NCBI GenBank assembly: GCA_017889625.1
Contig: JAGGAD010000004.1
Coordinates: forward strand, 3,443-67,442
Length of the DNA stretch: 64,000 bases
Reading direction: 5' to 3'
From: Bacillota bacterium
GTDB taxonomy: Bacteria > Bacillota > Negativicutes > Sporomusales > CTSoil-080
Part shown: positions 55,941-64,000 of the stretch, in pieces
How the letters are laid out: each line of letters opens with the position of its first letter
Position numbering within the stretch: the first letter of the stretch is position 1
Notes under the pieces: model-generated
Told to the model about the DNA's origin: nothing
The model's input: the letters and a program-made list of their open reading frames with translations, nothing else
Databases searched by the model: none
Made by a program: the position numbers and the translations under genes

Positions 55941-56366
55941 ATGATGTTTGATTTAAAAAGCGTACTTATTCCCGGAATGAATTTTGCGATTGAACGAATG
56001 CTTGATGAGTCTGATACCGCCGCCCATTATGGCAGCAGCAAGCTAGGACATTTAATTGCCTCGCCAGTTTATGTAGGAATAATGATTGATAGTGCAGTTA
56101 AGACTGTTGAAGATCGTTTACCCGAAGGATTGGTCTCGGTAGGTCGTTCTATGACCTTTACACATGATGCTCCTACAAGCTTGGGTATGAATCTCAGAAT
56201 GACAGCTACATTAAAAGATATTGTTGGCGACCGGCTTTACTTTGATATTACCGCCTATGACGATTGTGGTGAAATTGGCCACGGTACCCACGAACGGGTT
56301 GTAGTCCATAAAGAAGCCCTGTTTAAACGGGCAAATCAACGTCTTTTGCATACTACTACTCCATAG
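55941..56366 (+). CDS. hotdog-fold thioesterase (FlK/fluoroacetyl-CoA thioesterase-like)
   Basis: 141 aa. It has V.E.DTA...GS....V.A.P......E......... and G.H.R..V. This is recognition by pattern only. Confidence 0.55.
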   Translation: MMFDLKSVLIPGMNFAIERMLDESDTAAHYGSSKLGHLIASPVYVGIMIDSAVKTVEDRLPEGLVSVGRSMTFTHDAPTSLGMNLRMTATLKDIVGDRLYFDITAYDDCGEIGHGTHERVVVHKEALFKRANQRLLHTTTP

Positions 56367-56454
56367 CATTGGCAAATTCACACCAATATAAAATAGCCAC
56401 AGCTACCCAATATCACATATGGTAACTGTGGTTATTTTATATTTGCAAAAACTT

Positions 56455-58035
56455 TTAAGCAACCACTCGTTCTTCGCTAGACACCACTAATTTCCAACGA
56501 TCATCACCAGAAAAATCAACCAGTTTCTGTTGTTCAAGCGCGTCTCTCATCACATCACGCATTTGAATTCTAGTTTCGGTAATATTTTTACCCTGTTTAA
56601 ACACGGTAAAGCCATCGCCGCCGGCAGCCATAAAATCATTGATCACTACTTTATATGTTTTATCAGGTATAAGCGGCGTCCCGTCAGGCAAAGTAACTGC
56701 TATGATCTTCCATCCCTGAGCTGCCTCACTATAAACTACTTTTATTCCTGAATATTGTACCATCCCCAGCTTCTTATTCCTGATAGCATAATCCAACACC
56801 GCTGTAACCTGTTGTCCCGTCATGTCTACTGTAACTAACGTGTTTTCAAATGGCATTACCTCATAAAGCTTACCTAGTGTAATATTTCCAGCATCAATGC
56901 CTGTACGCAATCCACCGGCATTTTCAAAAGCAATATCTGCACCTGCCTTCTGGCGCATAGCATCTGTCACCCATTGTCCCAGGACCGTTTCTGTCGATGC
57001 TACCATATCATGACTAAGTCCATAGACACTTTTACCCAAAACCGAATTTTTCACCGGAGCAATTTCTTTTTCCGCCACCGTTAATATTTCCTGTACTTTA
57101 GCGTCGGCAGTTAAACCGGGATATGGCAGACTAATTACCCCAACACCTGAATCAACTACTTTCCGGCTATGTCTATCCACAACCAATTCAACTTTGCCAA
57201 CGTCCCGTCCATTATAATAAGCTTCTACTACGGGAATACCATTTACTTTTCCACTTACAATTTGATGTGAGTGCCCTGCTACAACAGCATCAATACCTTT
57301 TGCCTCTAACGCCAATTTAGACGCTTCACCAGAAATATTGCCAGCTTGATCCATCCATGCACCCAGATGTGATAACACTACAATGATATCGGCCCCTCGC
57401 TTTTTTAATTGCGGTACAAGTGCATTAACGATTTTGGCCGGATCTTCAAAACTATAATCAGCTGTAATTTTGGGATCAGCCTTAAAAGCGGTTTCCGGAG
57501 TAGCAATACCAATTATCGCAATTTTCACGTCTTTACAGTCTACCATCACATACTGCTTAAGAAAATCAACCGGTTTACCAGTCTTACGGTCAATAATATT
57601 CGCACAAACATAAGGAAAATTCGCCTGAGCCATCCGCGCTTTTAATACATCAAGTCCCCAATCAAACTCATGATTACCAAGTGTCATGGCCGTGAACCGA
57701 GCATAATTCATAACCTCAACAACTGATTTTCCATAAAGCAAATTGGAATCAATCGACCCCTGAAACATATCACCAGCACTTAACAAAATAGTACCATCAG
57801 CGTCCCTATTTATCGTTTCATTGATAACTTCAACCAGTTTAGCAGCCCCTGGATTTTTCCCGGTTTCCGCCAACGCACCATGAAAATCATTAACCGTTAA
57901 TATTTCCAACTTAACAAGACCATTTTCATCACTAGTCTGGGCAGCCAGAGTGTTCCCCACTAAAATCAACATACTTATTGCTATCATTAGAAGCACACGC
58001 CAAGAGTATGGTTTTATCGTTGTTCGCATAATCAT
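56455..58035 (-). CDS. bifunctional metallophosphatase / 5'-nucleotidase, secreted
   Basis: 526 aa with a signal peptide. It has DFHG, GD...G, GNHEF and SH.G motifs, plus a C-terminal 5'-nucleotidase domain. Confidence 0.85.
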   Translation of the reverse strand: MIMRTTIKPYSWRVLLMIAISMLILVGNTLAAQTSDENGLVKLEILTVNDFHGALAETGKNPGAAKLVEVINETINRDADGTILLSAGDMFQGSIDSNLLYGKSVVEVMNYARFTAMTLGNHEFDWGLDVLKARMAQANFPYVCANIIDRKTGKPVDFLKQYVMVDCKDVKIAIIGIATPETAFKADPKITADYSFEDPAKIVNALVPQLKKRGADIIVVLSHLGAWMDQAGNISGEASKLALEAKGIDAVVAGHSHQIVSGKVNGIPVVEAYYNGRDVGKVELVVDRHSRKVVDSGVGVISLPYPGLTADAKVQEILTVAEKEIAPVKNSVLGKSVYGLSHDMVASTETVLGQWVTDAMRQKAGADIAFENAGGLRTGIDAGNITLGKLYEVMPFENTLVTVDMTGQQVTAVLDYAIRNKKLGMVQYSGIKVVYSEAAQGWKIIAVTLPDGTPLIPDKTYKVVINDFMAAGGDGFTVFKQGKNITETRIQMRDVMRDALEQQKLVDFSGDDRWKLVVSSEERVVA

Positions 58036-58242
58036 TCGTTCACTCCTATCCCCAGTCTTTTACTATCTCAAAATATAACATATACCTTGAACTATATCTA
58101 GATTTTAATTAAAGATTAACCCCGTTAGTCTTTAATTAGACTACAGGAGTCAATTATGGCTTACATTGTCTTTATTGTATAAATGTTGTATTATTGCTGT
58201 AAACATAAAAAATATACTACTTATGATAGAATGGAGAAATGT

Positions 58243-59073
58243 ATGCTAATTAGACAAAAAGCTGTTATATGCCTTCTTTTAGCCGCTCTCTTATGGAGCA
58301 CCGGCGGAGTTTTAATAAAGTTAGTTGATTGGCATCCTATGGCCTTAGCCGGAGCTCGTAGTTTAATTGCTGCGGCAATAATCCGGCTGGCTTTTCGTAA
58401 CCAACCTCTCGCTTGTTCAAAGGAGCAATGGATTGGCGCCGCCGCGTATTGCAGTTGTACTAGTTTATTTGTTATCTCCACTAAATTGACCACTGCCGCA
58501 AATGCGATTTTATTACAATATACCGCCCCCATATTTGTCGCGTTTTTTGCCGGCTGGCTGTTAAAAGAGAAAGCGACACGCCGTGATTGGCTGACTATTG
58601 TTTTTGTCCTGGCCGGTATGGCTTTTTTCTTTTTCGATAAGGTAACCACCGGAGGTATGCTGGGAAATATTACATCCGTTTTAGCAGGAATAAGCTTTGC
58701 CCTATTTATTGTTTGTATGCGTATGCAAAAAGGGGCTTCACCATATGGTTCAGTGTTGCTTGGCAATATTTTAACTTTTCTCATCAGTCTTCCCTTTTGG
58801 TCCGACATTTCTTTATCCGTTACCAACCTACTTGGCATTACATTATTAGGCATATTTCAACTAGGACTGGCTTATGTGCTATATACTCGTGCCATCAGCC
58901 ATGTTCCAGCCTTAAAAGCTACTCTTATCACTTCAATTGAGCCTATTTTAAATCCAATCTGGGTAGTCCTCTTGGTGGGCGAACGTCCTGGCTTTTATTC
59001 GCTGATTGGCGGAACAATTGTGCTTAGTGCTTTATTCACCCGCTACTGGGCCGATTATAAAGAACAATCGTAG
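58243..59073 (+). CDS. DMT superfamily (EamA-like) transporter
   Basis: It has ten hydrophobic helices in two EamA repeats. I trimmed the start to ATG 58243 (GGAGAAATGT upstream). Confidence 0.8.
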   Translation: MLIRQKAVICLLLAALLWSTGGVLIKLVDWHPMALAGARSLIAAAIIRLAFRNQPLACSKEQWIGAAAYCSCTSLFVISTKLTTAANAILLQYTAPIFVAFFAGWLLKEKATRRDWLTIVFVLAGMAFFFFDKVTTGGMLGNITSVLAGISFALFIVCMRMQKGASPYGSVLLGNILTFLISLPFWSDISLSVTNLLGITLLGIFQLGLAYVLYTRAISHVPALKATLITSIEPILNPIWVVLLVGERPGFYSLIGGTIVLSALFTRYWADYKEQS

Positions 59074-59535
59074 AACCATCCCTTTATTAATTTAAGCCTA
59101 GAGAGAAAAATAGTAAAAAAGTACCAAGTAGCAATATACTTCCCTATACTTTTATATTAATTTTCTCTATATTCAAAAAAGTTAAAACATTCACAGGATA
59201 GGTAAAAGCAATAGTACTATTAGAAAAATACAGCTACATTTAACTATAAAAATGATGTAGTATCTTAATAAGAGTTACTGTTTTCACGGATTTAGTATAA
59301 TACACAAGCTTAAATAGAATAACACATATATTGATTAAGAAATGATTATTTTGTAGAATGTGAATAATCACAATAGTATTCATAATTTTATTAACTTGTA
59401 GTTTTATTGCCGTGATTACTAATGTCGTAGACTTTAAATTGTTTGCTTTTAAATTGCGCAAAAATTTCGTTAAATACGGCAGTTTTTAATTTAAGTTGCT
59501 AATAACTAAAATTAGCAAGGAAAGGGTGAATAATT

Positions 59536-60045
59536 ATGCATAAAGAGTTAACCAACGAACAGGTACTCAAAATTATCAAAGCAAACGGAAACTCTAAAGA
59601 ACGGTTGCTTTCCATTTTACTCGAAATCCAAAAAGCTTCCGGCCATAATTCCGTTGATGAAGCCTGGGCAAAAATTGTTGCCCAAGAACTACACCTTCCT
59701 TTAACCAAGGTATATAATGTATTAACTTTTTATGCAATGTTTTCAACCAAACATCGCGGAAAGTATGTTATTGAAATCTGCAAGAGTACCCCTTGCAAAG
59801 TAACAAAATCTGATGAAATTGTGCAAATGTTCGAAGAAGAATTAGGCATTAACATTAGTGAAACTACACCGGATAACCTCTTCACCTTAATGCATACAGG
59901 TTGTGTTGGCGCTTGTGATATTGGTCCGGTAGCCAAAATCGGGGAAAGAATATATGGTAATTTAACCAAAGAGAAAATTTCCAATATTGTTTCCTTATAT
60001 AGAAAAGGAGATACAAATGGCATTAACCAAGCAGCTAATTTCTAA
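59536..60045 (+). CDS. NuoE-like [2Fe-2S] thioredoxin-like subunit of an NAD(P)H-linked [FeFe]-hydrogenase
   Basis: 169 aa. The Cys pattern C-x4-C...C-x3-C (CKSTPC...CVGAC) is present. Confidence 0.85.
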   Translation: MHKELTNEQVLKIIKANGNSKERLLSILLEIQKASGHNSVDEAWAKIVAQELHLPLTKVYNVLTFYAMFSTKHRGKYVIEICKSTPCKVTKSDEIVQMFEEELGINISETTPDNLFTLMHTGCVGACDIGPVAKIGERIYGNLTKEKISNIVSLYRKGDTNGINQAANF

Positions 60046-61321
60046 GAACTGCGGCAAAATAAAACCGGAATCTATAGACGGCTACATCCAATCCGGCGGC
60101 TATGAAGGCTTAAAGAAAGCTTTGACTATGCAACCTAAAGAAATAATTGCTGAAGTAAAAGCAGCTAAGCTGTTAGGTCGTGGCGGTGCTGCTTATCCAG
60201 TTGGCGCCAAGTGGGAACATTTATTGGAGATTCCCCATTCGCCAAAATTCATTGTCTGCAACGCTGATGAAGGGGAACCGGGTACTTTTAAAGATAAAAT
60301 ATTGTTAAGTCAAGATCCTTTGCGGGTCATTGAAGGTATGACCATTGCCGCTCATGTATTTGGCTCTCATGACGCTTATATTTATATTCGCGGCGAATAT
60401 CTTGCTATCCAAAAGGTATTCCAGCAAGCCATTGACAACGCCATTGCTGAAGGCTATCTGGGTAACCGCATTTTAGGCACTGACTTTACCTTTAACATTC
60501 ATATAACCTCTGGCGCTGGTGCATATGTTTGCGGCGAAAACTCTGCTTTATTAAATTCCATTGAGGGAAAACCTGGCTATCCTCGCATCAAGCCGCCTCA
60601 TTTAGCTGAAGTAGGATTATTTTCCATGCCAACCTTAGTTAATAATGTTGAATCTTTTGCAACGATTCCAACGATTGTGTTGGATGGCGGTAACCAATAC
60701 GCGAATTATGGAACCGCCGACAGCGGCGGAACTAAATTAATTTGCTTATCCGGTCTAGTTGTAAATCAAGGCGTTTATGAAATTCCTTTTGGCATAACTT
60801 TACGAGACATTATTTACAATCCGGAAATTGGCGGAGGAATAGCGAACGGCAAAAAATTGAAATTTTTCCATCTAGGCGGGCAATCCGGTCCTTGCGGAAT
60901 ACCTGAACAGTTAGATACGCCTTATTGCTATGCCGCACTAAGATCTGCGGGGTTAAGTGTTGGCTCCGGGGCCGTCGTTATTCTGGATGAATCAGTCTGT
61001 GTTGTTGATTATCTCAAAGGTGTGACTGAATTTTTTATCCACGAATCATGCGGCAAATGCACCCCTTGCCGCGAGGGTAATCAAAAAGTATATGCTATAC
61101 TTTGCAAATTATCAGACGGTACAGCTACCACTCAAGATTTTAAACTCCTGAAGCGTTTAATCACTACCATGACAGCCGCTTCTTTTTGCGGGCTTGGCCA
61201 ATCAGCTACTATAGCCCTCGCCACTTGCCTAAAACACTTTTCAGCCGAAATTGAGGACCATCTCCACAAAAAATGTCCCGCTGGAGTTTGTTTCCAAGAA
61301 CAGGAGCGTGCAGCCATATGA
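60017..61321 (+). CDS. NuoF-like NADH/FMN-binding [4Fe-4S] subunit, minimal form
   Basis: 434 aa from ATG 60017 (AAAGGAG upstream). It has GRGGAAYPVGAKW, CNADEGEPGTFKD and ESCGKCTPCREG. The protein starts directly with the NuoF core and ends shortly after the N3 cluster. Confidence 0.85.
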   Translation: MALTKQLISKNCGKIKPESIDGYIQSGGYEGLKKALTMQPKEIIAEVKAAKLLGRGGAAYPVGAKWEHLLEIPHSPKFIVCNADEGEPGTFKDKILLSQDPLRVIEGMTIAAHVFGSHDAYIYIRGEYLAIQKVFQQAIDNAIAEGYLGNRILGTDFTFNIHITSGAGAYVCGENSALLNSIEGKPGYPRIKPPHLAEVGLFSMPTLVNNVESFATIPTIVLDGGNQYANYGTADSGGTKLICLSGLVVNQGVYEIPFGITLRDIIYNPEIGGGIANGKKLKFFHLGGQSGPCGIPEQLDTPYCYAALRSAGLSVGSGAVVILDESVCVVDYLKGVTEFFIHESCGKCTPCREGNQKVYAILCKLSDGTATTQDFKLLKRLITTMTAASFCGLGQSATIALATCLKHFSAEIEDHLHKKCPAGVCFQEQERAAI

Positions 61322-63066
61322 GTCACTACCAACCTGATCCCACCAAAAGCGTAACCCTAACCATTGACGGCATTTCTGTAACTGTCCCAGAAGGCACATC
61401 AATTCTTGAGGCTGCAAAACAAATTGGCATTAACATCCCGATTCTTTGCCACCATCCTGACCTTAGAGTTAGAGCCAACTGTCGTATTTGCATAGTAACG
61501 GCCAAAGGCCAACGGAAGTTTAAAACGGCCTGCAGTACTGAAGTATGGTCAGGTGCTGAAATTCTTACCAACAGCACCGCAATTAGAGATGCCAGAAAAA
61601 CGGTATTGGAACTCATTCTTGCGGAACATCCGCAGGAATGTCTGCAATGTATCCGAAATGGCAGCTGCGAATTGCAAAAGCTGGCGAAGGATTTTGGCAT
61701 TCAAGAAATTCCTTTTACCCCTTCGCCCCTGGTTGGCGAACTGCCAATTGATGATGCGCACCCGGCAATTGTGCGAAACCCGAATAAATGCGTGAAATGC
61801 GGTCGTTGTGTTGAGGTTTGTCAGGAAATACAAACCGTCAGAGCTATCAATACGGCACACCGGTCCCAGCATTATGAAATCTCTACAGCATTTGAAAAAA
61901 ATCTGGCTGAAACGCCTTGCGTATCCTGCGGACAATGCGTAGCCGTGTGTCCGGTTGGCGCTTTGTATGAACATGATGATACCGCCAAAGTATGGGCAGC
62001 GCTGGATAATCACGACTTGCATGTTGTCGTGCAAACAGCACCGGCAGTACGGGTGGCACTTGGTGAAGAATTCGGTATGGACTCTGGTAATATTTTCACC
62101 GGTAAAATGGTTGCCGGTCTCCGGCGATTAGGTTTTGCTAAAGTATTTGACACCGACTTTTCCGCTGATGTCACTATTATGGAAGAAGGCCATGAATTAT
62201 TGGAGCGGATAAATAATAATGGTCCCTTGCCATTAATTACCTCTTGCTGTCCTGGCTGGGTAAATTTCGCCGAAAAGCTTTATCCTGAATTATTACCACA
62301 CGTTTCTAGTTGTAAATCACCTCAGCAAATGTTTGGGGCCTTGGCAAAAACCTATTACGCCCAAACCTCAGGCATTTCTCCCGAGAAAATTTTTGTTGTT
62401 TCAATCATGCCTTGCACCGCTAAGAAATACGAATGCGCTCGTCCAGAAATGAACGATAGCGGTTACCAGGATGTTGATGTCGTATTAACAACCCGGGAAC
62501 TAGCCAAAATGCTAAAACAAGCTAATATTAACTTTAACAGTTTACCGGAAGAATCATTTGATGAGCCCTTAGGAATTTCTACTGGTGCGGCGGTTATTTT
62601 TGGTACTTCAGGGGGAGTAATGGAAGCTGCTTTGCGAACAGTCTATGAAGTTGTAACGGAAAAACCTCTAGGCAAGCTTGATTTTGATAATGTAAGAGGA
62701 CTTACCGGTATTAAAGAAGCAACCGTTGATCTTGATGGTACAACAGTTAAAGTGGCTATCGCCAATGGTCTGGGTAATGCCAGAATTCTATTAGAAAAAA
62801 TTAAATCCGGACAAGCTGATTATCAGTTTGTGGAAATTATGGCCTGTCCTGGCGGTTGTATTGGCGGTGGCGGACAGCCCCATGGCACAACAACCGTAAC
62901 TAAACAAGGCCGGATGAGTGCCATGTACCAAGCAGATAAGAATTCAGCCCTTCGCCAATCTCATAAAAACCCGGCAATAATCTCCTTGTATAAAGACTTT
63001 CTTGCACAGCCCCTTGGGCATAAATCACATAAATTACTGCACACCCAGTATAAAACAATAAAGTGA
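61318..63066 (+). CDS. hydA: [FeFe]-hydrogenase catalytic subunit with NuoG-like N-terminal Fe-S domains
   Basis: The ATG at 61318 overlaps the upstream stop (ATGA). It has an N-terminal 2Fe-2S domain and two 4Fe-4S motifs (CVKCGRCVEVC, CVSCGQCVAVCP). The H-cluster motifs are TSCCPGW, MPCTAKKYE and EIMACPGGCIGGGGQP. Confidence 0.9.
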   Translation: MSHYQPDPTKSVTLTIDGISVTVPEGTSILEAAKQIGINIPILCHHPDLRVRANCRICIVTAKGQRKFKTACSTEVWSGAEILTNSTAIRDARKTVLELILAEHPQECLQCIRNGSCELQKLAKDFGIQEIPFTPSPLVGELPIDDAHPAIVRNPNKCVKCGRCVEVCQEIQTVRAINTAHRSQHYEISTAFEKNLAETPCVSCGQCVAVCPVGALYEHDDTAKVWAALDNHDLHVVVQTAPAVRVALGEEFGMDSGNIFTGKMVAGLRRLGFAKVFDTDFSADVTIMEEGHELLERINNNGPLPLITSCCPGWVNFAEKLYPELLPHVSSCKSPQQMFGALAKTYYAQTSGISPEKIFVVSIMPCTAKKYECARPEMNDSGYQDVDVVLTTRELAKMLKQANINFNSLPEESFDEPLGISTGAAVIFGTSGGVMEAALRTVYEVVTEKPLGKLDFDNVRGLTGIKEATVDLDGTTVKVAIANGLGNARILLEKIKSGQADYQFVEIMACPGGCIGGGGQPHGTTTVTKQGRMSAMYQADKNSALRQSHKNPAIISLYKDFLAQPLGHKSHKLLHTQYKTIK

Positions 63067-63080
63067 TTATCACCAAAAGA

Positions 63081-63124
63081 ACAGCAGTTAATGGCTATCA
63101 GCCATTAACTGCTGTCCTTTTTTG
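63081..63124. terminator. intrinsic terminator after the hydrogenase operon
   Basis: A 16-bp stem acagcagttaatggct/agccattaactgctgt with a 3-nt loop, followed by a T-run. Confidence 0.7.
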
Positions 63125-63143
63125 CCAAGGCGTAACTAAACTA

Positions 63144-64000
63144 TTAACCCTTACTGCCCTCAGCATCGATGGTTATATAATTAAGAAGTAAGTCAAGCGT
63201 CGCCAAAATCGAATCAATGTGCGTCCGCTCATAGGCATGAGACGCAAATACCCCCGGCCCTACAAGAGCTGTCTTCACATCCCAGCCGGAGCGAAGCACT
63301 GTTGAAGCATCCGAGCTATAATGACCATATATATCGGACTTATACGAAATATTATGTCGTTTGCAAGTCTGCACTAAACTTTTTCTCAACTCATAATCAT
63401 AAGGGCCGGAAGAATCTTTAGCACAGATGCAAACGCTATACTCCGATGAATTTTGTCCTACCCCAGGCGCCCCCATATCAACTGCAATAAACTCTTTTGT
63501 TTTGCAAGGTATACGCGCATTTGCCCCATAGCCGACTTCTTCATAATTACTTATATAAAAATTCGTAGTACAAGCCAGCTTCAGTTTATTTTCCGAAATG
63601 TATTTTATGGCATATAACAATATCGCGACACTGGCCTTGTCATCCAAATATCTGCTTTTAATAAATCCATTTTCAGTTATAGCCGTGCGCGGATCAATAC
63701 AGATATAGTCCCCTACATCTATTCCCAATTTTTCAACATCCTGCGACGAAAAAATCTTTTCATCAAGAATTACTTCCATATTTTCGGGCACGCGCTTAAG
63801 ATTCCTGGCCTCATCTCCACTGATATGGACTGAAGGCTTTATTGTTTGAATCGTACCCGAATATGATTTTCCATCAGCAGTATCAATCCTGCAGTTTTCC
63901 CCTTCCACACATGACATCATGTACCCTCCGATCGGTACCAGGGAAAGTGTACCACTCGGCTTGATAGCTTTAACCATCGCCCCGAGCGTATCCGCATGCG
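63144..64000 (-). CDS. M42 family peptidase (glutamyl aminopeptidase/endoglucanase-like); partial, N-terminus beyond the window end
   Basis: The frame stays open to position 64000 (…HADTLGAMVKAIKPSGTLSLVPIGG…). The HxDxxG...GG block and the C-terminal GPG....HAYER are typical of M42/FrvX. Confidence 0.8.
   Translation of the reverse strand, partial: HADTLGAMVKAIKPSGTLSLVPIGGYMMSCVEGENCRIDTADGKSYSGTIQTIKPSVHISGDEARNLKRVPENMEVILDEKIFSSQDVEKLGIDVGDYICIDPRTAITENGFIKSRYLDDKASVAILLYAIKYISENKLKLACTTNFYISNYEEVGYGANARIPCKTKEFIAVDMGAPGVGQNSSEYSVCICAKDSSGPYDYELRKSLVQTCKRHNISYKSDIYGHYSSDASTVLRSGWDVKTALVGPGVFASHAYERTHIDSILATLDLLLNYITIDAEGSKG

Noticed and set aside
58106-58138. Inverted repeat taattaaaga-N13-tctttaatta in the nucleotidase/EamA divergent region
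   Set aside because: It is a very AT-rich 10-bp arm in an AT-rich intergenic region, so a chance palindrome is plausible and no adjacent regulator gene suggests a function.
58221-58853. 210-aa minus-strand ORF
   Set aside because: It is antisense to the EamA transporter gene, whose frame gives ten clean hydrophobic helices.
59100-59535. Long AT-rich region upstream of the hydrogenase operon, examined for a riboswitch or repeats
   Set aside because: I found only a plausible promoter (TATAAT at about 59305) and weak partial inverted repeats. I could not recognise any conserved riboswitch core.
61326-62034. 124-aa and 161-aa minus-strand ORFs
   Set aside because: They are antisense to hydA, whose Fe-S and H-cluster motifs fix the true frame.

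Overview
This 64-kb chromosomal window is about 90 percent coding, with most genes on the minus strand. All product calls come from reading motifs in the supplied translations and from my own reading of the DNA; no database search was possible.

Gene content points to an endospore-forming, probably diderm Firmicute of the Negativicutes/Sporomusaceae type. The evidence is a gerA-family germinant receptor, yqfC/yqfD, spoIIR, sigG, a Spo0E-like protein and YlmC/YmxH, together with an OstA/LptA-like periplasmic protein, an A-type-looking RNase P RNA, and tandem CobT paralogues resembling ArsAB of Sporomusa ovata. This taxonomic call is an inference.

The backbone is the conserved Firmicute 'yqf' macro-synteny. 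On the minus strand, running from high to low coordinates, it reads:
- HerA-like ATPase, yqfC, yqfD, pgpH, ybeY, dgkA, cdd, era
- a Mg-related block (PRC/MgtE_N/CBS protein, DUF502, CNNM/CorC)
- recO, DUF4342, glyQS with a Gly T-box, the PEP-synthase/PPDK regulatory protein, a dGTPase-like gene, dnaG, rpoD
- a four-tRNA operon, buk, trmK, nif3-like, a DUF164 zinc ribbon, rnpB, the tandem CobT genes
- an L,D-transpeptidase, pheA-aroF behind a Phe T-box, and ybaK-thrC

The right half carries nrdR-nrdD-nrdG with tandem NrdR boxes, a TIGR03960-like radical SAM gene, pgeF, sigG-spoIIR behind a forespore-type promoter, transporters, a 5'-nucleotidase, and a three-gene NuoE/NuoF/[FeFe]-hydrogenase cluster.

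The only clearly accessory segment is about 49.3-52.1 kb. It is an AT-rich stretch with a large serine recombinase, a tiny Cys-rich ORF and no cargo, wedged between core sporulation genes.

Other points worth a second look:
- a periplasmic-domain-less mini-FtsH translationally coupled to a membrane-anchored partner
- an orphan HerA-like ATPase heading the yqfC/yqfD operon
- a stand-alone FliG-N-domain-like 87-aa protein coupled to a DUF386 gene
- a PDRP gene whose conserved N-terminus has no canonical start codon
- near-identical terminator modules exactly 1300 bp apart around an MFS gene
- a NuoF-like hydrogenase subunit lacking the extra Fe-S domains of bifurcating HydB

I saw no CRISPR array, rRNA gene, IS element or obvious prophage.
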